Source: Amoebophrya sp. A120
Lineage: Eukaryota; Protista; Dinoflagellata
NCBI GenBank assembly: GCA_905178155.1
Contig: CAJINV010000018.1
Coordinates: 1,338,190-1,402,189, forward strand
Length of the DNA: 64,000 bases
Direction of reading: 5' to 3'
The position numbers and the translations under genes were made by a program. Numbering within the stretch: the stretch's first letter is position 1; each line of letters opens with the position of its first letter. The notes under the pieces were generated by a model. The model did not search any database, had not been told where the DNA came from, and saw only the letters and a list, made by a program, of their open reading frames with translations. Below, in pieces: positions 46,694 through 58,710 of the stretch.

Positions 46694-49281
46694 GTAGAGC
46701 AGCCGGCGGGGAGGAGGTGTCGGACTGGCTGATGTGTCCTGCTGATGTCGTCCCCGGTGAGATGCCCGGAGGGTGGTCGTTCAGGATTTCTTGGTGCTCC
46801 TATTTTTAAAGACTACACATAAAGACGCGACTAGGTACAATTTACATAACTTGGGAGTTGTAGTGCAGCCCTCGACGGCGGCGCTACAAGGTTGAGGACT
46901 TTTGATACGAATATAAACTGTAGTTCTTAAGTAGACGTAGACCTCCTGACATGATACTATACAAGTGTACAAAATTCTTAGCGACATCAACGGTCCTGGT
47001 GAAGTTCTAATTTTCCTTTGCAGCCGCTGCGTCAGGCGTAGCAAGAAAGACTACGACGCGGCTGAACGCTGAAAAGACCGGGGAAGTATATTTATGTGCA
47101 GACGACTGAGTTCTTTGATGCAAAATTAGCTGCTGCCTGAATACTGAACCAAACAAGCGACATTCAATGGTGGCTATTTTCCGCGACCCGAAAGCGACAT
47201 TGGAATTACTGCTGTACAAAGACGGCCACAATAAACTAAGACGATTTACTCGCAACCACATCAACGAACAGAAAAAGACTTGCTGCGAATGTGCCAGCTC
47301 GAATTCATTTTAACTACTTAACAGAAGGCGCAAGGAGAAAGATATATGAATATGGTGTTCATCGGTCAGACCGGGAGGATAAGCGCGCAGTCGGGCTAAA
47401 AAGTTAAACAGGATGTTGCTCCAGTTTGATTGTCTCAGTCACGGAAAGCAGCGCGGCGCGACTTTGCTGCAGGGGGCTGCGGGCCAGCTGCCCGGCGTGG
47501 AAGCCCCGGCCGCGGGCTTTGCTCGTTGTGGGGCGCGGCTGTTCCGCGTTGGGCCGGCTCGCCACCACGGACGACGGGGCCAGCGCGCTGGCTTGCTGGG
47601 CCGCGCCACGTGGGAAGGCACTAGGGGGCAAGCTGGAAGAGCTTGGCACGCAGGGCGCGGCGGGGCCGCGTGGCGGACGGCGCAGCCGCCTCGAGGGGCC
47701 GCGCGCGCGCCACGGCGCGCGTCCTTGCTAGCCACCCCGCCGGCCGGGCCGGTTTATGCCGGGGACCATCAAGAGACGGGCCGAGAGGTTTTGCACTTTT
47801 CAAGACCGCGGGAAGCGGATGGCGTACACCCGGAAGGCGCGCGGTTCTTCACTCTCGTCTCCCGTGGAAGAAGGGGCGGGGCATGGCAGCCCGGCAAAGG
47901 TTGCCCGCCCAAAGTCCGGCAAAGGTGGCGGCGGACGGCGCAGCCGATTCGGGGGAATGCGAAAGCTGGGCGCGCGCAGCGGGCCCGCGCGTGCCTACAG
48001 TGAGGGCCGCGGCGTACCGCTGGCCCGGGACATTGGCGCGCGGCGCGCCTGCCTGGCTGGACAGGATCGAGCACGATCCCGGCGCGCCCGAAACGCTGCG
48101 ACCTGCGCGGACCACTGTCGCCCCGTCCGAGAGCGAAGACCGACGGCGGAGCTGCCCAGCGAGCGACCGAGCGAATTGCAGCAAGCAATTGCAGGGGAAG
48201 GGCGGGGCGCGCACCCACCCCAGTAGGCACGCACCGGGGCGCCGGCCTTCGATCGCAGACGGTGGGGCGGGTGGTTTGGGGGGTTCCGTGCGTGTGTTGG
48301 GCCCCGCCCCCAGTTTTCGCCGCGCACGCGCGCGTTGCGCGTCCGGCATCTCGCGGCGTGCTGCGGCACGGACGCCGCTCGCGATATATTTCTGCCGCGC
48401 CCGGCGCGCCGACATTCCTCTTGGGGGGCGCCCGCGGGGTGGCGTCTTCCGCAGGCAGGGGCCCGGGCGCTCCTACAGAGTTTGCTAGCTTCGGCCGCCC
48501 GCTAGCTTTTGAATGATGCGCCCTGGCGCTTCTTTTTGTTAGCCGCAATGCAGCGTCTCGAGCGCGGGCCTGCGACCGGTAAGGTGTCGCGTATTGCGGT
48601 CTGTGTCCTTGCAAAAATTCGCGATATAGTGCGATTGGTGGTGATGATCGCTCGACCCGATGTCGCGCCTCTTTTAGTAAAAGTTTGTTACTGCCCCTGC
48701 CTATTCGGAGCGATCTTCAGCACGCGCGGACGGATTGTTCTTCCTGTGTTGGCTCCATACCTAATGTTGAGTGTTTCCTCCTCCCCCGTGAGGGGCGAAG
48801 AGAAGGGCGCGCGCGGCAAGTGGAAAAGAGGGCGAGGACGTCTACTGTTCCGAGTGGACGCTGCAGGAGACAGAAATGGCCATTCTGACTGTTGAGCGGC
48901 ATCGTTTGAGAAAGTTCCCGCTTCAGGTTTCGGTATTAATTCATTGGTAGGAGGTTGACCTCGAGCGATGTCCTGGTGACAGTAACTACAAGTGCGCTTA
49001 CCTGGGATGGATACCTAGTTTATTCAGTTTCATCTTCTTCTCAACAAGGGCGCACTTATCATTGTCGACTCCCCATTCCTAAACCTCCTGGCGCAGCTGT
49101 CCACAGCGCACGATGGCGGACCAGATGTGGCGATCGTACATCATTGGAGCAGAGACAGTATGGAAAAGAGGCACGCAGGAGGCCAGAAAAAGCCACAGCC
49201 TATTTCTTCCTTTACCAGATTGAAATTTTTGCATTCATTCTCATTGTCATTCGGGAACCACTTGCGCGGCAGCGAGCACAT

Positions 49282-52030
49282 ATGTCTTCCTGCGCTTCTT
49301 TCCGATTTCCATACCCTTTCAAAATCGAGGAGCCCGCTGAGCATCCTATGGAAAAGGCTGTGCAAATCGAGACCGGTGACGAGCATGGTTTACTGCTGTC
49401 CGACCAAGGCCGCGTGTACTCCTGGGGCGATAACAGGTTCGGGCAGCTGGGAAGAAAATGCGTGAAGAAGGACGAGGTACTATTTATGTTGCAGACTCCA
49501 CTCTGACGCTGTGCATCGGATGAAATTTTTAGATTTAGAAGTTTTTTGATCATCGCACGGCTGCACAGCATGCAAGGAAAAAAATCGCATTTGAAGAAAG
49601 ACTACTGTAGTTTGAGAAACGCGTCATACATATATCTGAATACACCAACTCCAAACAGGGCGACCGCGCGTTCGTCGTCAGTGAGGGCGGCCTCGGCGAG
49701 CAGGAGGCCGTGCAGATCGCCTGCGGAAAGCACTTTTGCCTGGTCCTCTGCGCGCTCGGCGAGGTGTACGCCTGGGGGCGGAACAAGGCCGGGCAGCTCG
49801 GCATGCAGCACACGCGGGACGTGACCCGCCCAAAGCTGGTGAAGCTACCGAAGAACCACCCCGAAAAAATTGTCAAAATTGGCTGCGGCAAGGAGTCCGG
49901 CGTGGCCATCGGCGCGGAGGGCTCGATTTGGCAGTGGGGCGCGTCTTTGCAGAACTTTGGCGACAATGTGCCGAACCACACCCCGTTTCTGGTGTTTTCC
50001 TCTGCCCGAGACGGAACCCTGTTTACCGCCGGGGGATCCTCGTCCTCGAAGCAAAAATTTTCCGTGGACGGCGTGGACGCACGGGTGCCTGCGACCTATC
50101 AAAAGGAAAAATTTTTCCTCCACATGTGAAAAACGAAAGTTGTGATGCTGTATTTGAGTACACGAGTCGACTTGTATTGCTAGAAGGCCAAGAGCCGCAG
50201 CCGTGGCCTCGTTTGCAGGAAATTTGTCATGCTGTTTCCCACCTGCAGGCGCCTCCTGTCATGCTGAAGATGCAAGGCCTTCCCACGCCACCCAGCACTA
50301 CAGTCCGCATCTTTTGTCTTCTAGCATGACACGGCTGATCTGTGAGCACAAATCTGCATCACAGAGTTCCGTTTTGATACGGGGAGGGGGGATTTTTCTT
50401 CTTGATGCGACCGTTTCCAACCCGAGTTTGTTCGCCGAGCAACTGGAGCTCGCCCGACAGTGCCAAATCACCCTGGGGAAACTGAAACAACTTCTCGCCG
50501 AGAGCACCAGTGTAGCCAACAGCAAAAAGAAGGACCGGGAGGAAATGATGATGAACAATAGTAGTGCTGGAGGTGAAAATAACGACAACAAAGACAGCGC
50601 AAATTCCTCGCCGCAGAAGAAAAAGAAGCAAAAAGCGGGGGTTTCCGAACTCTCCACACTCTCCCTGGTCCTGGACCAAGAAGTGCAGCAGTGTACTTCC
50701 ACGATCACCGTGAAGAAGCAAGACCTGGACGAAGCGACGGAGATCCTGATCCACCTGATATCCAAGAAGAAAACTGTCTTTGTGTAAATGCTTCTGTCTG
50801 GCATGAGCACGACAAGTGTAGGGAAAACTGTATTGCGTGATGTAGTTTCGCATAGATAAGGACAACTTAGATAGCAAGTACATCAACGCAGTGCTTTTCT
50901 CGGATACTTGAGGGAGCAGGTGCACAAACTAGATGCGCAAACTGTAACACTGGCGGACCAGCTGGATCAGCTGCAAGTGCAGTCCCTTCAAACGACCGGA
51001 ATGGAGCAGAAGAAACTCTTCGAGCAGATGGATCGGGTCCGGGAGTTCCAGGACAGCAATTCGAGCTCGAAACTCGCGTTACTGGATCAGCTGCAGACGG
51101 TCGAGCGCAAGAAGCAGTCGGCGCAGAAGGACTTGGAGATGCAATTGAAGAAGAAGGACGACCTGGACGTGCGGGCAAAAACGGTGCAGGATTTCGGGAA
51201 GGAGTTGCTGGAGGGGCAGGGGTATCAAGTGGAAAAATATCTGGGTCTGGAAGAGTCATGCTGTTTTTGCATGACACAGAAGGTCTGGCATGGGAGCTCT
51301 AGCATCACGGGTTTCGAGAAGCTTCCGCAATGCCGAACCCGCATGAGAAATCCCCCATCTTGGTGACAGAAAGTCGGCAGCTTTAGCTACCTATGCATGA
51401 GAGACTTTTCTATTTTCTAAAATGCGCATCACAAGTTCGGATCCTGCCAGACCCAGACATTTTTGCATTTCATAAGGGGCAAGCCCCCATTTTGATGGCG
51501 ATCACGAGCCAACTGTCGAAGTTGCGGGACGCTCTGGACGAACGGACGGAGCTGTTCAGCGAGAAGGCCCCGGAAAACCACGAGGAGTTTGTGAGTCAGA
51601 GGGAGAACATATGAGAGACGTGCACAACTCCTCCTCCCCATCATTTGTCATGCAGAACGCCAAATCCGCCCTTTGCTTCTTTGCACTTTTTGCATGATAA
51701 GTTTTGGAAGGAGCTCAAACAGTACTACAATCCTGGGTGAACAATTTGTCATGCAAAACCTGCATGCTTGCCGACGCTTGTATTGCTGTTTGTGCCCTTC
51801 AGATGAGGGAGACGGGGTGGAGTTGTGTACTCTCATAGAACATCGAGGGGTTGGAGGTTGTGGAGTCGATTGCGCGGAAACAGATCGTGGCGCTGGAAGC
51901 AAACTCGGATACGGAGGAGATAGCCCGGTTGCTGTTTCTGTCGCTTTTGACGTCGCTGAAGGAATTTCTCGTGCTGTTTAAGCAAAGATGGCTCAGTCAG
52001 GACGTGGACATAACCATGTTTTTTGATTGA
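49282..52030 (+). CDS. RCC1-repeat protein with C-terminal coiled coil
   Basis: QIETGDEHGLLLSDQGRVYSWGDNRFGQLG; QIACGKHFCLVL...VYAWGRNKAGQLG; GT-AG intron 49477-49658 plus 4 introners removed in frame. Confidence 0.88.
50097..50407. mobile_element. Introner family B
   Basis: DR cgacc; ends gatg. Confidence 0.9.
50759..50906. mobile_element. Introner family J
   Basis: tatccaagaagaaaactg...cagtgcttttctcggata; DR cctga/cttga. Confidence 0.85.
51223..51474. mobile_element. Introner family A
   Basis: DR agggg. Confidence 0.9.
51610..51837. mobile_element. Introner family G
   Basis: DR gaaca. Confidence 0.9.
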
Positions 52031-52474
52031 CAGAAGGATGCTGCTCGAATCACTCTGTCACTAAGATGAGCTCGGACCACGTAAGATTTTCTGTTGCGCC
52101 ACAGCAGGAACAATTAAATGGAGCTGATTTTCTACTTTTTCTTTTCCAAATGTTGAAGCCGTCCGTGGGCTGTTGTCGAACGGGAGTAACTGTCGCCAAA
52201 CGTGGAGTTTGTTCACCACTAGCTTTTCGGGCCACGGTTAGACCCTTGCGGAGAGATAGCAGGATTTAGTATAGCCGTGACCACTTCGAGCTCGATCGCT
52301 CGCGCCGTCGAGAGGTTGAGCTTTTTTCAATGATGGGAGCGGAGAGTCGTGGCCAATTCGCCACTCGTCCTCTGCGGTGTTTACAAGCCTTTCACCTCGG
52401 GTATAAAATTTGTGTCGTTATTTCTAGGACCGCGCACCTCGAAGAAGTAGTTCCAAGAAGAACGACCATGTATT

Positions 52475-53578
52475 ATGCCGATGAGGAACCAGTCCCCATG
52501 GTTTTCTCAAGCGGAAGATGGCGGCTACGGGAACAAACACCGGGGTCAAGAATACCAATGCGAGCGGGCCACGCCTACGTGTGTCCACCTCGCGAAGAGC
52601 AGACCCTCGCAGCACGAGCGGAAATTGTTGCGTTCTAGGGTCGTGGGACGACGGGGGGCTTTCTCTCGAGGACGCTCGGCTGGCGTAGAAATTTTTCTGC
52701 TTGCAGCTGTACTCCACCAGGCAATTTTATTCCAAATGTTAGCTGTGCCGTTTGCTGGATCTTCTGCGCATGATCTCGTGCAGCTTGCAGCAGCTTTGGA
52801 CGTCGTCGCGGAGCAGAGCAGTAGCAGGTCTTTAGAAAATGGTAGACTCGTCCGCAAAGAGCCCCCGCCGGTGGAGCTTCAAGTGAGTGGCGAGGAGGAG
52901 CTTCGAATAGAACAGGATGCAGAATTCGTATCAACCACAACTGCTAGTGAAGAAGATGAACATCAAGTGTCGAGCTATAGACACGTTCCATCAAGAACGA
53001 GGACATCTTCGTCCGGATCTCCTTCTCCCGCTCCCGCGTCGTCCGTGAAAGTGAATTCATCTTCTTCGACGTCAAAAGTACAGTTGCGAGTTGCAACATC
53101 AAGGAAAAATGGCACAGCGAACAATTCTACCACGACCGACCAGTACGAGACGCGGGCGACAGCGGAGGAAGCAGTGCCTCGAACATGAACCACAGGAGGA
53201 GCTTCATCCGCGGGGGAGAGCGATTCTGTTGCGATTCTAGCCGGCATAGTCGCAACCGTCGTGGTGTTCTTTGGTTGCGTTTGCTGTGCCGTGTTGCAGT
53301 ACGGAGGCGGAGAAGGAGAAAACAACGCAGGAGCTCCTGCGTCGGGGAAAAAAAAGTGGTGGTGGGCGGAGAGCGGTGACAACAACGATGACGCCGAGTA
53401 TTGGGGGGAGGAAGATTTTTACGACGGAACTGGTGGCGATTGGAATGAAAACAAAAATCACGACCCAGGAGCAAACCACGTCGCCCATTCCTACGGACTA
53501 GATGAGAAAAAAGCAGGCAAAATGAGGTTGAATCTAGTGTCGACACAACGATGGAGCAAAAACTTCGCGGAGTCGTGA
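52475..53578 (+). CDS. Putative type I membrane protein with one in-frame TGA (53186-53188); may be a pseudogene
   Basis: ORFs 52475 and 53261 share a frame; signal-like IFLLAAVLHQAILF, S/T-rich stalk, TM VAILAGIVATVVVFFGCVCCAVL. Confidence 0.55.
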
Positions 53579-54280
53579 CGAAGAATAGTGATTGTACTAT
53601 AGGTGCGGATGACGTGGTTTCAGTTCTCGAAAAATACTCGTGCCGTTTCGACAAGTTTCAGTTTCACTTCACGAACGGAAAGTAGTGCCGTTGTAGCTTT
53701 CGGTACGTAATGAGCTTCAAAGGCTTGTTCTTGCTGGGCCGCCGCTGTGTTGGACCAGTATCTTCCTTTTGCACTGCGTCAGCGTCTAATATTTGTTCGG
53801 GAGGGATTGGGATTATCATTATTTGCTCTTGTACCACTCAAGAGACCTCGGAGTGAAGTTCGAAGGAGTGACGACTGTGCTCTTTGGTACAACTTGTCGG
53901 CGTCGAAATCCTAATGAAGAAGAGTTTGATGCCGCCGGTTCACCACCACTTAAGAAGTCGTCTGTCGCGGTCGCGAGAGGCAGTGCTGAGGAGAGTAATA
54001 CTGGAAGTAGAAGAGACGAAGCTCATCCTCTCGATAGACAACAGTTCGTTCCCTTCTAACTTTGACGAGCATTCTTCGGGAGTACTATCTAAATCACTAC
54101 CTGAAGATTCCCCCGGTTTTCAAACAGAGCAGATAGAAGCACGGAAGAACGGAATTTCTGTCGTGCGATGCTGCCAGGACGAGCCCGAGACGTATCGTCT
54201 CTACACTAAATGTAGCGTAGCAGCTGCTAATTGTATTTGTGATTGTATCGGACGAATGCATCGAAACGAATTCGAAAATA

Positions 54281-55700
54281 ATGTACTACCTGCGAGCCGT
54301 ACTCGGATTCGCAGTTCGCAGAAGCTTACTGCTGCTGCTTCCCCTGTTATCAGTATCCGCAGCGTATGTCGCAGATGAGAAAAAACCACACGTCGAGAAG
54401 TCTCCTCCCCTGGACGCCAACATACCACCCTCCGGGAGGACAGAAGAAGATCCCAACGTAGCAGCTGCCTCCAGTCTGCAGCGCTCAAAGAAGTTGCGAA
54501 GAGCAAAAATCGCGGAGAAAAGCGAAAAGAATGATACGATACGACGAGCGCCGTCGCTTGCTTCAAACAAGCGTGACGAAATTAGTACGGAGGTGGACGT
54601 TTCAGAGAAGGCCGATTTATTCCTCGAACAGCATGAGAAACTTCTACAGAAAAATTTGCCGTTGAAACAAACTTCTCCAACCAAACTTGCTGAAGTTGTT
54701 TCATCCGCATCTTCTGCGGGTGAGGCTTCTAGAACCGCGTCTACTACTTCAAATTCTCCTTCCGTCTCGTCTGCAGCACTTCAAAAAGCCGCCAGAGAAG
54801 TTGTAATGGCTGCCGGCGCACCTCCGAAGCAGGTCTCCGAAACGGACTCCCAGCCCGCTGCGGCACAGCACGGCGGCAGCGCTGGTACGGCTGGCGTTTC
54901 CATTTCCTTCGTCATCCTGTGCGTGACCATGGTGTGTTGTGTCTGCGGTTGCATCGGCGCGTTTATCTACCAGGAACACAGCGCTATGATGGCGGAGCAA
55001 CGGGAGAGAGAGGAGGCAGCGGAATTGATATCCGAAAAAGTGTTTCACTGTCTGTTCAAACTTGTGATGCAAAGAACTACGCAAGAACTCAGTTCCAGTT
55101 GTCTGTCGTGTTGGAAATGCAATGCATGAGATTCTTTTTGGCCATATTCTGACTTTTCTCGTGCCGAATTTGATGGCACACGACATCACCGACTTTGCTT
55201 TCTTTTTTCTGTGGGACGAAGGTGTTATGCAGATTGTCCGGAATCATCGGATCGCAAGGCAGAACTATGTGAAGCATCTTTTTGGTCGTGCGATAATGGG
55301 AGAGGGAGTTACAATTCTCGGGGGTTGCGAGCAACCCATTCCACAACGCGGTCCAAGGAAAAATGAGCATTTTTAGTGGCGTATCGACTGCAAATATCGA
55401 TATCTGGGTCTGGAAGTAGCATATGTGATGCGGAATGGTGAATGACTGGGCGACGTCCACGTGGGCGAAGTGCTGCTTTGCATGACAAGAGAAGCTGCGC
55501 TGTAGTTGTCTGTCATGCAATACAGGTTTTCCAATTCCAGGAGGATTGCCAGACGAGCAGAAAAAGTTGAACTTTCATTTCCAGGCCCAGACACAGTATT
55601 TACACTTGATACGACGTCGGAGGAGGCACCACGGCAGCTCCATTTGCGAAGAAAAGTTTCGGGGCAAAGCCCTCAACAGGGTCTGGCGCAGCAAATTTGA
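54281..55700 (+). CDS. Type I membrane protein with Cys-rich TM end; 3' exons tentative
   Basis: Signal peptide RSLLLLLPLLSVSA, TM VSISFVILCVTMVCCVCGCIGAFIY; two degenerate introners and a probable GT-AG intron 55222-55376. Confidence 0.65.
55029..55168. mobile_element. Degenerate introner (J/F-like)
   Basis: Starts tatccgaaaaagtgtttcactg; internal ttgtgatgc; right TIR eroded; DR attga/tttga. Confidence 0.55.
55382..55611. mobile_element. Degenerate introner family A
   Basis: tatcgactgcaaat...ctgggtctggaag / ttccaggcccagacac...cttgata; DR tggcg/cgacg. Confidence 0.8.
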
Positions 55701-56754
55701 AATTAGATATGGCGAGTTTTAGAGGGTGATGATGATGAATGTATTTCGTTTCTAATGACTCGAGCAATCACAGAAAAGCCTGTTGCTATACACAAGAAAG
55801 TAATTTTCCTTGCAGCTGTTTCTGGCATGCTGATCATCTGCTTCGGCTTGCTAGAAAGCATCGATCTAGTTTCTGTTTCTTGCCCTGGATCAAGATCCTC
55901 TTCCTCTACTAGAGGTCTAGGTGTAAGTAGTTTTGCCTGCTCGAGGGAACAAGTAGTCCAGACGCATTACGCAAGAACAGAACTACATTATCCATGAAGG
56001 ATCAAGATCGTGACATCACCTGATCCGGCAGAGGTGGATCGCTTCCCATCACTGGTGAGCTGGGCTCCCACAAGTGGGATATTATCTCGTAGTTGAATAA
56101 CTACAGAGAACGACCTGCGAGAGAAGATCAAAACTCGTGTGCTGGATCATGGACTTCTGTACCTGCAGATTTGCGGTAGGCTGAAGGGCCTCTACATGTT
56201 AGTTGAAGAATCCGATCCAAGAAGAACCCGAGATTTTTCTGCAACACTAGCCTACGGTCGCGGCAAAGTCCTGTAATTGTGCCTGTTTCGTCAGTCAGTG
56301 TCAAAAAAGTCGAAGGGCTCGGCTCTCTCAAGTGGTAGTACTTATCGAGAACTACTTACTGTGTTGAAGCGCACAAATACTCGAAAGAAACTGTGTCAAG
56401 AAATAAAGTCACAATAAACAAGTAAGTGAAAAATAGCCTGATGGATTCATTACAAGAGTAATATCCACTTTTGTTTTTTAGATAGTTAACGTTCGTTCTA
56501 CTTTCTATCGGTTTTGCAAACGGCAGATAGCAGCCATCACGCGACCGCTACAACAAGACGTTGGCCATCTTACCTGTACAACGAACTACTGGCCGTTCGT
56601 CCTGACATTGTCAAATCTCAACGCGGGGAAAACCAATCTGACATTTTGGTTTTACGACCTCTAGAACCAATTACCGTTGACAAAAAAAGAACTCACAGCA
56701 CACAACTCGTTTTCGCAGCCTCGCCCTGTTTGTCGTGTCACGAACGCGATCATC

Positions 56755-57873
56755 ATGGAGGTCGCCAAGGTCGACGATCCGTTAGGACAAGCTGCATCCG
56801 CGCGGGAGCGTGGTGGCACTGCCAGTACGGTGGCGTCCGAGAAGATGAAGAAGAAGAAGAAGAAACGATTTCGCCGCTACCAGCGAACGCACCAGCGCAA
56901 GAAACAATTGTTGGATTTGTGCAAGCAGGAGGGTGTTGACTTGGATCTATTCGAGAAAAAGGGGATCAGTGTGACGAAACACGGCGACCTCCTGGCCACC
57001 GTGACCGTGCCGGAAATTTTTATGCTGCGCGTCGGTAGTGGAGGTGCGTCCGAGCTGCAAAAAGCTTGCATTCGTCGAACCGTTAAGGTTAAAGACAGCC
57101 TGCAAGAAGCGTTCGCTGCCGCAGAAGAAAAAGTGCAGGAAATGAAACGTGCGCCGGCGAAGTACCTGCATGAACACGAATGCGTGGAGCTGGAGCTGGT
57201 GAAGGCGGGCGATGATGGCCATGAGATGCTTGTGGGACCTGGGGAAAAGCGTGGACCTCGTGTGCAGATCGGTGAAACCACTTTTGAAAACGGTAACAAG
57301 GTCGTGCTGCTGGTCCCAGGCCAGGAATACCACCTTCGGGTGGTCAACACGGCGTGCGATACCGACTTCGTGGTGAAAGGGCACGTGATGAAAGAAAACG
57401 GCAAGAAAGTTCCGTTCCTCATCGGCGAGGGCGACGCCTGTGACTTGCGGAAGGGAATAAACAAAGGATATCGCCGCGAACACGACGATGACGCGTTCAA
57501 GCCACTGTTTGCCGACAGAAAAGTGATTTTCCGTGGCTACCAGACTCGCTACGAGAAGGGAAACTACGAGCTGACGCAAGAGGCTTACGTGTTCAAAGCG
57601 GCCGAGCTGGGGACGGATGGGACGAAGAATTTGGATTTATTGGTCGAGACCCTTTACGTTGAGGTGTTTGAGAATGTCGGCGAGTGGACTTTCAACCGTG
57701 GCGGCGGGAGAAAAAAGTGCAACCGCTCCTCGTCGATGAAGAAAAATGGAGTGCTGGTTCCCGGCAAACTCGAGAGCAATACGGTCGACTGTCCCGGAGC
57801 CGAGAAGCGTTGGGAAAGTCGGGAAGGGGCCTATTTGGGGACTCTCGAGCTGACGGTGAAGCTGAAACAGTAA
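56755..57873 (+). CDS. Hypothetical intronless protein with poly-Lys NLS-like tract
   Basis: Uninterrupted ORF with GC3-biased codons; KMKKKKKKRFRR; beta-rich C-terminal half. Confidence 0.75.
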   Translation: MEVAKVDDPLGQAASARERGGTASTVASEKMKKKKKKRFRRYQRTHQRKKQLLDLCKQEGVDLDLFEKKGISVTKHGDLLATVTVPEIFMLRVGSGGASELQKACIRRTVKVKDSLQEAFAAAEEKVQEMKRAPAKYLHEHECVELELVKAGDDGHEMLVGPGEKRGPRVQIGETTFENGNKVVLLVPGQEYHLRVVNTACDTDFVVKGHVMKENGKKVPFLIGEGDACDLRKGINKGYRREHDDDAFKPLFADRKVIFRGYQTRYEKGNYELTQEAYVFKAAELGTDGTKNLDLLVETLYVEVFENVGEWTFNRGGGRKKCNRSSSMKKNGVLVPGKLESNTVDCPGAEKRWESREGAYLGTLELTVKLKQ

Positions 57874-58710
57874 ATGCGGATTGAGACTGGAATAGGTTGC
57901 TTCTCGGAATGGGAAGATGAAGAAGAAGTGAGCATTGTACGCCACCCTGCTATGCGATGATTTATTTATACCTTTACCACAAATATGTTTTGTCGCAAAG
58001 ACAGATGATTTTGGCCTTCGCGGGGGCTAAAAGTAAGTGTCCAGAACCACGATGAAGGTTGATTCGATACTTGGAGCGCGCACGGGACTACTTACGGAAG
58101 CACAATAAGAGAAAGGAAAATATATCGTACTTGTTTTCATACAAAAGATGACGTCGTCTAATCTGGAAGTAGCACTTCTGTCAGAATCGCAACGAACACT
58201 AGTGTGCAGACGCTTTTCGAAAGACAGGACAGATGGTGGAAGGACCAGCAGTCTTTTGTAATCGATTTGAAATGTTGCGGCCCTAGACATGATACAGCGC
58301 AAATTCAAAAACATGTTGCTGTCGAGAACCTATGCCTGCTTTTTTTGAGTTGAAAAACCGGCAGGATGTTCTGATTTTCGTAGTTGCTGAGCCTGTTGCT
58401 TGTTTTTGTTTTGTGTTCGTCCTTTGATGAAAAAAACATTTTTGTTTGATGTGACCTCCCACCACTCTGGTCCGTATTCTAACACGATGATTTGACGACA
58501 ATCGTCGACGAGAGATGCTGCGTTTCTTGTTTTGGCCGATGTGATGTTATTCCAAGTTGTCTCGCAACCAAGAACCTGTTCTTCATGATGGCACTCTTAC
58601 TTTCGCAAGAAACCTCTGCGATCTCATTGCAGGAGCAAAAGAACGTGGATCGACAACAACAAATTTCTTTAGGTTGAGTGTTATTTGAGTCATATTATTC
58701 CCGTAAAAAA

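Noticed and set aside
47404-48614. Multiple overlapping ORFs
   Set aside because: Explained by stop-codon scarcity in very high GC sequence; no domain signal
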